Source: a virus. Taken from it: a stretch of 64,000 bases of DNA. Both the position numbers and the translations under genes were made by a program. Numbering within the stretch: position 1 is the first letter of the stretch; every line of letters starts with the position of its first letter. The notes beneath the pieces are model-generated. The model was not told the DNA's origin, made no database searches, and saw only the letters and a program-made list of their open reading frames with translations. This document shows positions 1 to 9,202 of this stretch, one piece after another. The DNA lies in IMG/VR virus record IMGVR_UViG_3300003323_001324, positions 93,578-157,577 of that record. The stretch is one strand, 5' to 3'.

Positions 1-109
1 GCGCTTCTCGGATACGCCTTGGACCATACCAGACCGATACTGAGACTTTGTTCGCGAAACGCGTGAGAATACTGATATTTAGACTTCTGCTCGAGACACA
101 GGAGCTGAG

Positions 110-3100
110 ATGACCATCGGACCGTTCACGACCTACGCGCCGCCCGGAGTCTACACCCAGACCATCGTGGACCCCGTTGTGGGGCAGCTGCTCGGAGGCC
201 TCCGGGTCCCGGTCATCATCGGCGTTGGACAGGAGACCCTGACCCAGACGGACGTGGAGATGATCCGCGGCTCCTCGAGCTTTGCGGACACGCCGATCTT
301 CGGCGAGGACCCTACGGGCCGATGGGTCGTCGGCGGCACGGCGAACAACCCGATCCTCGGTCAGCAGGACGGGAGCCGCGCCTCGTTCCGCGTCAGGAAC
401 TACCCGATCGTCACGGGCGAGGGTTCCGGCAAGACGAACTACGACGTCTCGAAGGTCTCGGTCTCGGTCAACGGTCAGCAGACGGTGGTCGCGCAGTGCG
501 ACGGCCTGAACGGCATCATCTCCCTGCTCGTCCCTCCCGGCCCGAACGACGTTGTCTCGGTCAACTACTTCTTCCACCGCAAGGACACCCGCATCACCGA
601 CAACGTGTCGGCGCAGGTGACCTCCGGCCCCGCGGTCCTCGTCACGCCGAAGGCGGAGACCTACGAGATCCAGGCTGACGTCAACGACCTCCTCGAGGTC
701 TACGTCAACGACTCGACCTCCGTCTCGACCGTCAAGCTCACGCCCGGCACCCGCTCGGCTTCCGACATCGCCAGCGACATCAACGCCGCGGCGATCTCCG
801 GCCTGACCTCCTCGGTCCACCTCGACGCGGAGGGCCTCGCCCACGCGCAGCTCGTTGCCCTCGGCAACGTCCGCATCGGCTCCGGCGCCGCCAACGGCAT
901 CCTGGGCTTCAACCCCGGCGACTACACCGGCCGCAACAGGACCTTCCGCGTCTTCAACGGCCCGATCGTCGACGGCTCGGACGGCGGCATCACCACCACC
1001 GACACGACCAAGGTCGTCGTCATGGTGAACGGCCTGCAGGTCGTCCCGTCCTCGGTCGACGGCGCCAACAGCGACGTCACCCTTCCGTTCGCCCCGAACG
1101 ACGGCTCCATCGTCACGGTCCAGTACTGGTTCAACACCTGGCAGGACACGTTCGACTACCTGCCGAACTCGAACGTCGTGTTCGTCGGCAACGTGGGCAT
1201 CGCCCCCGGCCGCCGCGACTACCTCAACGGCCCCGACTTCGTCATCGTCAACGACGGCGACCAGTCCAAGATCGTGTGGGGCACCTCGTGGCAGGTCGTG
1301 GCCGGCGACACCACCGGCTCCACCCCGTTCGACTCCACCCAGGTCGTCGGCATGCTGGTGGACAACCGGATCTTCGGCGTCCCCGTCTCCCGCTACACCG
1401 ACCCGACCACGAACACGGTCTCGACGACCCGCTTCGTCCTCCCGCTCCAGGCCACGACCGGCAACGGCCGCGATACGCCCCTCGGCACCAGCCTGTACCA
1501 GACGATCACGAACGGCCGCATCGACCTCCCGACGAACCGCCCGGACCTCGTCACCGTGTACGTCGGCAAGAGCTTCCGCGACGCGTACGCCCGCCCGCCG
1601 GTCACCGTGCTCGAGGTCGACTCGGCGACGAACATCATCACCCTGAAGGACCCGGTCCCCGCGGACCTGGCCGCCTTCGCGACCTTCTGGTACAGCACGC
1701 TCCAGGAGGACACCTACACCCTCGAGGTCGCGACCCCCGGCCCGAGCGGCGTCGGCAAGTACACCATCCGCTCGCAGGCGCAGAACAACGCGCTCTTGTA
1801 CGGCATCAAGTTCGGCACCAAGACCGCCCTCCCGCAGAGCGTCCAGTGGCCGAGCGGCGTGCAGAACGTGCCGGACGCGATCCACTACGGCGGCCACCCC
1901 GTCGCCGAGACGGTCACCGTCCAGTTCCTGACCTCGCTCCTGCCCGCCTCCCACGCGTCGTTCTCGAACGCCGAGTCAGACCCGTACGACATCTACACCT
2001 ACACCCGCGTCTTCGGCGGGATCGTGGTCGACGGCAACGCCCCGGTCTCGGTGGACCTCTCTACGGCCTTCAAGGCGCAGCTGCTCAGCCAGCCCGTCAC
2101 GACCCCGTTCGCGGCCCTCCCGTCCACCGCCCGCCTGGTCCTCCAGATCGACGGCGTGACCATCACCGTGAACCTGAGCGGCCTGACCTCGGTCTCGGCC
2201 GTCGTCTCGGCGATCAATTCGGCCGTCGACGCCGACGCCCAGGCCCACGCCGACGGGAGCTCCACGTTCGCCACCACGGCCCCGAACAACCTGGCCTCTT
2301 CCGTCACCTACGGGACGGAGGAGCTCCTCAAGGTCGTCGGCAGGAACGTCAAGTCGGCCACGAACGGCCTGCTCTCCAACGTGAAGGTCCTGTCGCCGAC
2401 CGCGGCAGGCCAGACCAACGGCGCGGCGGCCCTCGGCCTCTCGCCGAACCTGGAGAGCCTCGGCTCCTACAACGCCCTGAACGAGCCGGCCCAGCTCGTC
2501 GGCACCAAGACCGGCGCGTACAACATCTCGGCCGGCATCAACGACCTCTTCCTGTTCGGCATCGACGGCCAGAGCTACTCCGCGCAGCTCCCCGCCGGCA
2601 CCGCCGTCCCGGTTCAGGCCGTCGTCGACTACATCAACGCCGGCTACGCCGCCACGGCCCCCGCGGCCGACAAGGCGACCATCCTGGCCGCGGCGGTGAC
2701 CCTCGGCAACGAGATCAAGTCGGACTACAACAACCACCGCACCGCGGTCGGCGTCCACGTCTCGGACGACTCGACGAACATCGTGACGGCGACGAACGCG
2801 ACCGACCTCGCGACGCTGCTCACCCTGTGCGCCGACATCCGCTCGAAGTACCACGCCCACATCGCGAGCACCGTGTTCCACCTCGCGGCGGACACGGAGC
2901 ACACGATCTCCGAGCCCGCCCCGACGGACCTCGCCTCCGCCGTGCGCTTCCTGTACGCGGCCAAGACCGCCTACAACGCGCACATCGCGGACACGACCTA
3001 CCACCAGATCGCGGACGGCTCGAACGCCACCTCGGCCTCGAACGCCCAGGTCGCGGCGCGCGTCGGCCAGGGCGCCCAGGCCGGCCTCGTCGTCCTGGAC

Positions 3101-4777
3101 TCCAGGGTCAACACGGTCTCCTCGGTGGTCACGGCCTCGGCCCTCGGCACCGCGAACACCGTCCTGGGCTTCACGCCCGGCGCCACCTCTCTCCGCCGGC
3201 AGCCCACCGCGTCCCTCATCGCCGCCGCCCTCAACGCCAGCTCGGGCTTCGCGGCCCTCGCCGCCGCGTGGGGCATCCTGGCCCCGGGACTCGGGAACTT
3301 CCTGCGGATCGACTCCCTCACCGCGGGCTCGACCTCGACCATCACGTTCACGAACGTCGGCAACACGACCTTCGTGCCCGACACCGGCATCGGGATCGTC
3401 CCGGGCACGAGCGGCGACTCCGGCGAGGCGGCCCAGTCTGGCTTCCGGGTCTCGAGCTCGGCCCCGGGAGGGTCCTCCGGCACCGGCATCCCCGGCCAGA
3501 CCTACACGGACGCCGTCACCGGCCTGCGCTTCACTGTGCTGCCGCCGACCGCCGGCGACTACGCGGACGGCGGATCGTTCACCCTGATCGTCGACTCGAC
3601 GATCACGGCGGACGCCTCCATCCCGGTCCGCTGCATCCCTGGCCTGGAGATGACGGTCTACAACACCCTCGGCACCGCCGTGGAGACGACCGCCCTCCTG
3701 ACGACCTACGGCAGGAGCGGCAATGAGCCGGCCGTGGGCGACATCTACTACATCAGCTACCAATACGCCAAGACGAGCCTGGCCACCAAGCTCTTCCGCG
3801 ACAAGAAGGCGATCCGCGCCAACTTCGGCCCGCCGACCCCCGACTTCCCGCTGTCGCTGGCCGCCTCGGTGTCCCTCGACAACGGCGCGGTCCTCATTGG
3901 CCTGAAGCAGGTCCTGAAGGCCCCTGGCACGTCCCAGGCCTCGACGGCCTCCTTCAAGGCCGCCATCGACGAGCAGCGCAGCCCCATCGAGGGCTCCGTG
4001 AAGCCGGACGTCATCACCCCGCTCGGCACCGATCCGGAGATCTTCGGCTACCTGAACCAGCACTGCGTGTTCATGTCGTCCCCGCGCCAGGAGGGCGAGC
4101 GCATTGGCGTCGTCGGCCCGGCCGCCGGCACGAACCCGCTGGGCGTGACCTCCATCGCCCAGGGGCTCGCCTCCGAGCTCATGGTGGTGTCCTACCCCGA
4201 CTCGTACGTCCTGTCGGTCCAGGACGCGAACGGCAACACGTTCGACCAGCTGGTGGACGCGACCTACATGGCCGCGGCCCTGGCCGGCTCGTCCTGCAAC
4301 CCGTCCGTGGACGTCGCCACGCCCTGGACCCGCCGCCAGGTCTTCAACTTCAAGAAGCTCGGCCGCGTCCTCGACCCGACCGAGGCGAACCAGGTCGCCG
4401 TCTCCGGCGTCACGGTCATCGAGCAGGTCGACGCCGGGATGCGCGTCCGCCACGGCCTGACGACGAACGTGAGCAACGTGATCACGAGGACCCCCTCGGT
4501 CACGCTGACCATCCAGTACGTCCAGCAGTCCATCCGCCGCGTCCTCGACCCGTACATCGGCCAGAAGTTCACGGGCTCGCTGATCAAGACCGTGGAGAAC
4601 GCCCTCGTCGGCCTCTTCTCGACGCTCATCGACCAGCAGATCGTGACCAAGGTCGCCGGCATCGCGGTCTCGGTGGACGAGGACGACCCGACGATCATGC
4701 GCACCGAGGCGATCTACGTCCCGGTGTTCCCCCTCGAGTACATCACCTCGACGCTCCAGGTCCGCATCAGGATCTGA
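110..4777 (+). CDS. Contractile tail sheath protein, very large (1555 aa) with inserted accessory domains
   Basis: N-terminal PPGVY motif. Sheath-type C-terminus (VRHGLTT...YVQQSIRRVLDPYIGQK...YVPVFPLEYI). SD-like AGGAG upstream and strong GC3 bias. Confidence 0.9.
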   Translation: MTIGPFTTYAPPGVYTQTIVDPVVGQLLGGLRVPVIIGVGQETLTQTDVEMIRGSSSFADTPIFGEDPTGRWVVGGTANNPILGQQDGSRASFRVRNYPIVTGEGSGKTNYDVSKVSVSVNGQQTVVAQCDGLNGIISLLVPPGPNDVVSVNYFFHRKDTRITDNVSAQVTSGPAVLVTPKAETYEIQADVNDLLEVYVNDSTSVSTVKLTPGTRSASDIASDINAAAISGLTSSVHLDAEGLAHAQLVALGNVRIGSGAANGILGFNPGDYTGRNRTFRVFNGPIVDGSDGGITTTDTTKVVVMVNGLQVVPSSVDGANSDVTLPFAPNDGSIVTVQYWFNTWQDTFDYLPNSNVVFVGNVGIAPGRRDYLNGPDFVIVNDGDQSKIVWGTSWQVVAGDTTGSTPFDSTQVVGMLVDNRIFGVPVSRYTDPTTNTVSTTRFVLPLQATTGNGRDTPLGTSLYQTITNGRIDLPTNRPDLVTVYVGKSFRDAYARPPVTVLEVDSATNIITLKDPVPADLAAFATFWYSTLQEDTYTLEVATPGPSGVGKYTIRSQAQNNALLYGIKFGTKTALPQSVQWPSGVQNVPDAIHYGGHPVAETVTVQFLTSLLPASHASFSNAESDPYDIYTYTRVFGGIVVDGNAPVSVDLSTAFKAQLLSQPVTTPFAALPSTARLVLQIDGVTITVNLSGLTSVSAVVSAINSAVDADAQAHADGSSTFATTAPNNLASSVTYGTEELLKVVGRNVKSATNGLLSNVKVLSPTAAGQTNGAAALGLSPNLESLGSYNALNEPAQLVGTKTGAYNISAGINDLFLFGIDGQSYSAQLPAGTAVPVQAVVDYINAGYAATAPAADKATILAAAVTLGNEIKSDYNNHRTAVGVHVSDDSTNIVTATNATDLATLLTLCADIRSKYHAHIASTVFHLAADTEHTISEPAPTDLASAVRFLYAAKTAYNAHIADTTYHQIADGSNATSASNAQVAARVGQGAQAGLVVLDSRVNTVSSVVTASALGTANTVLGFTPGATSLRRQPTASLIAAALNASSGFAALAAAWGILAPGLGNFLRIDSLTAGSTSTITFTNVGNTTFVPDTGIGIVPGTSGDSGEAAQSGFRVSSSAPGGSSGTGIPGQTYTDAVTGLRFTVLPPTAGDYADGGSFTLIVDSTITADASIPVRCIPGLEMTVYNTLGTAVETTALLTTYGRSGNEPAVGDIYYISYQYAKTSLATKLFRDKKAIRANFGPPTPDFPLSLAASVSLDNGAVLIGLKQVLKAPGTSQASTASFKAAIDEQRSPIEGSVKPDVITPLGTDPEIFGYLNQHCVFMSSPRQEGERIGVVGPAAGTNPLGVTSIAQGLASELMVVSYPDSYVLSVQDANGNTFDQLVDATYMAAALAGSSCNPSVDVATPWTRRQVFNFKKLGRVLDPTEANQVAVSGVTVIEQVDAGMRVRHGLTTNVSNVITRTPSVTLTIQYVQQSIRRVLDPYIGQKFTGSLIKTVENALVGLFSTLIDQQIVTKVAGIAVSVDEDDPTIMRTEAIYVPVFPLEYITSTLQVRIRI

Positions 4778-4783
4778 GGCGCG

Positions 4784-4803
4784 GCGCGGGCTTCGGCCCG
4801 CGC
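4784..4803 (+). terminator. GC hairpin after the sheath gene
   Basis: GCGCGGGC-TTCG-GCCCGCGC: 8-bp perfect stem with a cUUCGg tetraloop, 6 nt after the stop. No U-tract. Confidence 0.55.
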
Positions 4804-4832
4804 TCCACGGGACGGCCCGGGGGCGGCGACGC

Positions 4833-5015
4833 TCACCGGGCCGAGCTCTGTCGGCGCAGGAAGTCCGACGCCGCGGCCAGCGCCGTCAGCGCGGCCCCGA
4901 CCGCGAGCCATCCCGTCAGGTGCCTCTCCAAGGCCCCGGTGACGGCGTTGAAGGCCCCACTCCCTCCCCAGTATCCGACCGTCATTGCCGCCGTGTTCCG
5001 CCAGGCGCCTTGCAT
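4833..5015 (-). CDS. Small putative membrane protein
   Basis: ATG at 5015 preceded by AGGAAGG and a TACCGT box. Hydrophobic segment WLAVGAALTALAAA. Confidence 0.45.
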   Translation of the reverse strand: MQGAWRNTAAMTVGYWGGSGAFNAVTGALERHLTGWLAVGAALTALAAASDFLRRQSSAR

Positions 5016-5076
5016 CCTTCCTGACGGTACCAACCCGGTCGTATAGACGAGGCCTCTAATCCCGTCTTCGGTGACC

Positions 5077-6120
5077 ATGTCGGACATCGAGGTCAAGATC
5101 TATAACGATGCCGGCGCTGCCACGGGCCTCCCCGGCGTCCTCATCGTCCCCGGCCCCACCGGCCCGCGCGGTCATACGGGCTCTGTCGGGCCTCAGGGCC
5201 CGACCGGCCTTCAGGGCCCGACCGGCGCGGACGGCCTCGTCGGCCTCACCGGGGCCCTCGGCCCTCAGGGGCCCACCGGCCCGCGCGGCGCCACCGGCGT
5301 CGGCGCCCAGGGGCCCCAGGGATCGCCCGGCGTCACCGGGCCTCAGGGTCAGCAGGGCGCCACGGGCCCCTTCGGCGGGCCTCAGGGCTCCCCCGGCGTG
5401 ACCGGCCCCCAGGGCCCGACCGGCCCCTTCGGCGGGCCCACCGGCCCCCAGGGCCTCCAGGGCTCCCCCGGCGTGACCGGCCCCCAGGGCCCGACCGGCC
5501 CCGGCTTCACCGGCCCGACCGGCCCTCGCGGCAGCACGGGAGCCCAGGGCGCCACCGGCGTGGGCGCCACCGGACCCCAGGGCGCCACCGGACAGGTAGG
5601 CCCGACCGGACAGGTCGGCCCCCAGGGCCCCACCGGCCCCTCCGGCGGCCCCGTCGGCCCCACGGGCGCCCCGGGCCCCACCGGCCCGGCCGGCGTCGGC
5701 TACCAGGGCCCGGAACACATCGCCTCCCCCGGCGGCCTCACGCAGACCATCGACTGGTCCCTCGGCCCGAACCAGGCCGTCGCCGTCGGGACGAACGTCA
5801 CGTTCCACTTCCTGCCCCCGGCCGGCGCCGGCCCCCTCGTCCTCCGCCAGTACTTCACGAGGACCGTCTATAGCGGCCCCGTGTGGCCCGCGGGGGCGAC
5901 CGGCGTGCAGCCGATCCAGAACATCGGGGTGTGGGCGGACGGCCTGAAGAACTCGTTCCTCGAGAACGCGGGCGGCGCCCCCATCGGCTACACTGGCGGC
6001 TTCAACATCGACGAGCTCTACTACGACGGGGTCCGGTACTGGATGCGCGACGCCATCGTTCGCTACGTCCCGACCGCCGCCTCCCCGGCCTACGCGACAG
6101 CGACCGGCGGCATCCCCTGA
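5077..6120 (+). CDS. Collagen-like (Gly-X-Y) fibre protein with a C-terminal globular domain
   Basis: About 190 aa of GPT/GPQ/GAT triplets, followed by a beta-rich domain (TIDWSLG...WP...[10 protein letters not shown]). Confidence 0.8.
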   Translation: MSDIEVKIYNDAGAATGLPGVLIVPGPTGPRGHTGSVGPQGPTGLQGPTGADGLVGLTGALGPQGPTGPRGATGVGAQGPQGSPGVTGPQGQQGATGPFGGPQGSPGVTGPQGPTGPFGGPTGPQGLQGSPGVTGPQGPTGPGFTGPTGPRGSTGAQGATGVGATGPQGATGQVGPTGQVGPQGPTGPSGGPVGPTGAPGPTGPAGVGYQGPEHIASPGGLTQTIDWSLGPNQAVAVGTNVTFHFLPPAGAGPLVLRQYFTRTVYSGPVWPAGATGVQPIQNIGVWADGLKNSFLENAGGAPIGYTGGFNIDELYYDGVRYWMRDAIVRYVPTAASPAYATATGGIP

Positions 6121-6237
6121 TCGTCCTCTCCGGGATGACCCTCCGGGCCGCCGACTTCTGATCGTCCGTAGATCCCGGATCTCCTCCTCTATCTTCCTCC
6201 TCGGGGCTGGCCTGTGCCGCCCCTAGGAGAAACTAAG

Positions 6238-6588
6238 ATGGAGATGAAGAAGATCATTGCGGAAGTCGTGCGTGAGGCTCTCCCGGAGGTCGTCCGGGAT
6301 CTGGTAAGGCAGGAGCTCGGTCTCGGGGCAGCGCCTCGTGGCCGTAAGCCTTCCATGCCCGTCACGCGCCGCAAGCGTCGCCCCTCCGCCGCAGCCGACG
6401 CCGGGGTGAGCGTCGGGCAGCGCTGGTCCGCCAAGCCCTACACGGGGCAGGCCGGGCGCGTCATCGAGATCGCCGAGCTCGGCAAGGACAAGGCCGTCCC
6501 TACCGTGGTGAAGGGGATAGGGACCCGGAGTGTGGCGAAGCCCATCAGCTACAGCATGCTCGTGAAGTGCTACGACCTCGTGAAGTGA
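6238..6588 (+). CDS. Hypothetical basic protein
   Basis: AGGAG SD before the ATG. Amphipathic N-terminal helix, K/R-rich linker and small C-terminal domain. Confidence 0.65.
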   Translation: MEMKKIIAEVVREALPEVVRDLVRQELGLGAAPRGRKPSMPVTRRKRRPSAAADAGVSVGQRWSAKPYTGQAGRVIEIAELGKDKAVPTVVKGIGTRSVAKPISYSMLVKCYDLVK

Positions 6589-6607
6589 CGGCCTGAGGGA
6601 GTGCCGC

Positions 6608-7201
6608 CTAGCGGCACTCCCTCCAGTGCTCGCTCCTCGCGACCTCGGCCTGCCGGCCCCGGATAAGGAGGCTTACGGAGGTCCACCGGACTCTCCCGAC
6701 GGCCTCGCAGTGCTGTTCCTCCGCGTCCTCGACGTGGAGGACGTCACCGGACGTCCGGGAGAGCCAGGCCTCGGCCCGGCACTGGTCCCCTCGGCAGTCC
6801 TTCCAGACCTTGACGAACTCGTCCTGGCCGTCCCCGTCGACGTCGACCGCCCTCACCGCCGGCGCCCCGTCGCCGCGCCAGACCTCCCTCCCTGCCTCGT
6901 GCACGACGAGCTCGTTCCGGGATCCTGGCCCCGAGCACGGCCCGGCCGTGACGGACGTCATCGTCTGGTCGGCCCCCGCCCGCGTGAACGACCCGCCTAT
7001 CTCGGACGTCGCGACCGCGCACTCTTCCTCGGGGAAGGCCGCCCTCGCTCTGGCCTGCGCCTCCTCTCCGGCCTCCCGGGCCTCCAGGTCCTCGAGGGAG
7101 AGGACCTGCACGACCCTGGCGTCCGCGACCGGCGCCTCCGGCCCTTGGCCGCGCGCGCAGGCCGCCGTCAGCGCCGCGATCAGGATCAGGTTTGCTCTCA
7201 T
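6608..7201 (-). CDS. Putative lipoprotein with a DxDxDG (FG-GAP/VCBS-like) motif
   Basis: Signal peptide and lipobox-like MRANLILIAALTAA-C. Contains DVDGDGQDE and several Cys. Confidence 0.65.
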   Translation of the reverse strand: MRANLILIAALTAACARGQGPEAPVADARVVQVLSLEDLEAREAGEEAQARARAAFPEEECAVATSEIGGSFTRAGADQTMTSVTAGPCSGPGSRNELVVHEAGREVWRGDGAPAVRAVDVDGDGQDEFVKVWKDCRGDQCRAEAWLSRTSGDVLHVEDAEEQHCEAVGRVRWTSVSLLIRGRQAEVARSEHWRECR

Positions 7202-7235
7202 GGCGCCCTCTACCCGGCCGCCCTGAGGACCTACG

Positions 7236-8330
7236 TCAGAACGTCCGGTCGATCTCGAACCCGACGTACCCGACGCCTATGCCGACCGCCGACCCGCGGT
7301 CGACCACGATCTCGTAGACCTTGTCCGAGGACAGGAACGAGACCGGCGCGGACGAGTACTTCGCGAGGCTCGACCCGCTGACGGGGAGGGTAGCCACCCC
7401 GGCCCCGCCGTCCGTGACGCTTCTGACCGACACGAACCCGGTCCCGGAGACGCTGCGGTTCGCCATGGCAACCAGCTTTACCGAGAGCGCGGCCCCGCTC
7501 ATCCGGTAGTTGTCGGGGTTGAACGACTGGGCCCCGGCGACGACCGCCCCGCTGGCCGTGTTCGTCAGGCCACCCGCGAAGATCGGGAGGTCGCTCCTCA
7601 GGAGCTGGCCCGGAGCGAACCCGGCGCCCCTCGGGCCCGTGGCCCCGGGGAGCCCCGCCGGCCCCGTGGTGCCGAAGCCCGCCGGCCCCGTCGCTCCGCG
7701 CGGCCCTGTCGGCCCCGGGGCCCCGCCCCCTGTCGGGCCCTGAGGCCCGATGGCGCCCTGCGGGCCCGTCGGCCCCGGCGGCCCCTGCGGCCCCGGGTTG
7801 CCGAACGGGCCGGTCGGCCCCTGGCCTCCGGCCGGCCCCGTCGTCCCCGGCGATCCCTGGAACCCTCGTGGGCCCGTGGGGCCCTGTGCGCCCGTCGGGC
7901 CCTGGACGCCCGTGGCGCCTGTCGGCCCCGGAGGGCCTCCGTACGGCCCGGTGGCGCCCGCCGGCCCCGTCGGCCCGCGGGCTCCCTGATCCCCCTGGTT
8001 ACCCTTCTTCCCGACGTTCCCCTGAGGCCCGGGAGGGCCCATGAACTGGAGAAGGAGCGGGTCCCTCGTCCCGACCTTGACCAGCCGGATCGCGAAGGAG
8101 TAGGCGTACAGGGCCGTGAACGGCTGGGTGACCTCGGAGAGCGTGATCTGGCTGAGGAACCACGACTTCGGGTCCAGCCCCAGGGTTGAGTATATCTGCG
8201 AGAAGACCTTCGGGTCGTTCACCGCCGTGAGCGGGTTCGCCAGGATGGCGTCCGTGTTGAGCAGGACGTACGCGGCAACGACGTTGCTGGCGTCTGACGG
8301 GAGCTTCTCTACGCCTACGGTGAACGTCAT
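7236..8330 (-). CDS. Collagen-like protein with N- and C-terminal globular domains
   Basis: Central Gly-X-Y run (GPPGPQG...GATGPRG). TAGCGT box 6 nt upstream of the ATG. Confidence 0.8.
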   Translation of the reverse strand: MTFTVGVEKLPSDASNVVAAYVLLNTDAILANPLTAVNDPKVFSQIYSTLGLDPKSWFLSQITLSEVTQPFTALYAYSFAIRLVKVGTRDPLLLQFMGPPGPQGNVGKKGNQGDQGARGPTGPAGATGPYGGPPGPTGATGVQGPTGAQGPTGPRGFQGSPGTTGPAGGQGPTGPFGNPGPQGPPGPTGPQGAIGPQGPTGGGAPGPTGPRGATGPAGFGTTGPAGLPGATGPRGAGFAPGQLLRSDLPIFAGGLTNTASGAVVAGAQSFNPDNYRMSGAALSVKLVAMANRSVSGTGFVSVRSVTDGGAGVATLPVSGSSLAKYSSAPVSFLSSDKVYEIVVDRGSAVGIGVGYVGFEIDRTF

Positions 8331-8365
8331 CGGGTGACGCTACCGTCCTGGCGAAAAAAGCCGAA

Positions 8366-8812
8366 CTATCCGAACGGGAGCTCGAGCTGCCCGGTGTCCC
8401 GCGCCATCTCCGTCCGCTCTTCCGTCCTCCTCGGCACTATCCTCGGGCCGGCCTCGAGGACCTTCCGGAGCTCCTCCTCTTCCTCCATGGTGTCGTTCTC
8501 GAGGGACGCGTACCAGGAGGTGTGGTGTCGCAAGTTGTGGCGCAGGGACTTATCCGGTTCCTCGGACTGCAGAAGCACGATCTCTGCTTCCCGTGCCTTC
8601 TCCGCCGTCTTCCGGAGCTCTCTGTCCAGGACCTCGAGGCTTGCCCTAAGGTCTTCCCTCCGCGGGTGCGTGTCGCACTGCGGGTCGTCGCAGACGTACC
8701 CGCAGTCACCGCAGAGGGGGCACCACTTCAGGCTCCCGTGACAGCAGAGGGATCCTGGGCACTGCCTCACGAGCTCCCCCTCGATTATCTCGTATATGTA
8801 CTCGTCGGACAC
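8366..8812 (-). CDS. Hypothetical Cys-rich (Zn-finger) plus coiled-coil protein
   Basis: CPGSLCCH...CPLCGDC..VCDDPQC..H. The GTG start abuts the stop of the upstream gene. Confidence 0.55.
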   Translation of the reverse strand: MSDEYIYEIIEGELVRQCPGSLCCHGSLKWCPLCGDCGYVCDDPQCDTHPRREDLRASLEVLDRELRKTAEKAREAEIVLLQSEEPDKSLRHNLRHHTSWYASLENDTMEEEEELRKVLEAGPRIVPRRTEERTEMARDTGQLELPFG

Positions 8813-9127
8813 TCAGTTCATCTGCGCCACGATGGCGCGGCGCACGGCCTCGGGGAACGCAGACTGGGCCTCCGCGGTGTCGAACTTTCCCTCGAGGTCC
8901 AGGCCGACCTCTCTCGAGGTCACGGAGACCATGGGCTTCCCGTCGCGCAGGAAAACCCGGACCGTGACGTCCGGCCGCGCCTTCCCGGCGTTCACCACGC
9001 CCTTGCCGAGGTAGATGCAGTCGGTCTTCGTCGACTCGCGGACCGACACTGGGATGTCCCGGAGCAGCCGGTTTAGCTGGTCCGTCATCGTCAGTCTCAT
9101 CAGCTTCGCCATCACTTTCTGTCTCAT
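8813..9127 (-). CDS. Hypothetical protein (104 aa)
   Basis: Real-looking 3' end of track ORF 8813..11221 (MRQKVMAKLMRL...AQMN). The rest of that ORF is antisense to the ATPase. Confidence 0.55.
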   Translation of the reverse strand: MRQKVMAKLMRLTMTDQLNRLLRDIPVSVRESTKTDCIYLGKGVVNAGKARPDVTVRVFLRDGKPMVSVTSREVGLDLEGKFDTAEAQSAFPEAVRRAIVAQMN

Positions 9128-9202
9128 CGCGCCCGCCAGTATCGTGTTCGGGGCCAGATTTCCGGGCCGAAGGATGGTAGGCTTGTTTTGTCCCCTACGC
9201 GC

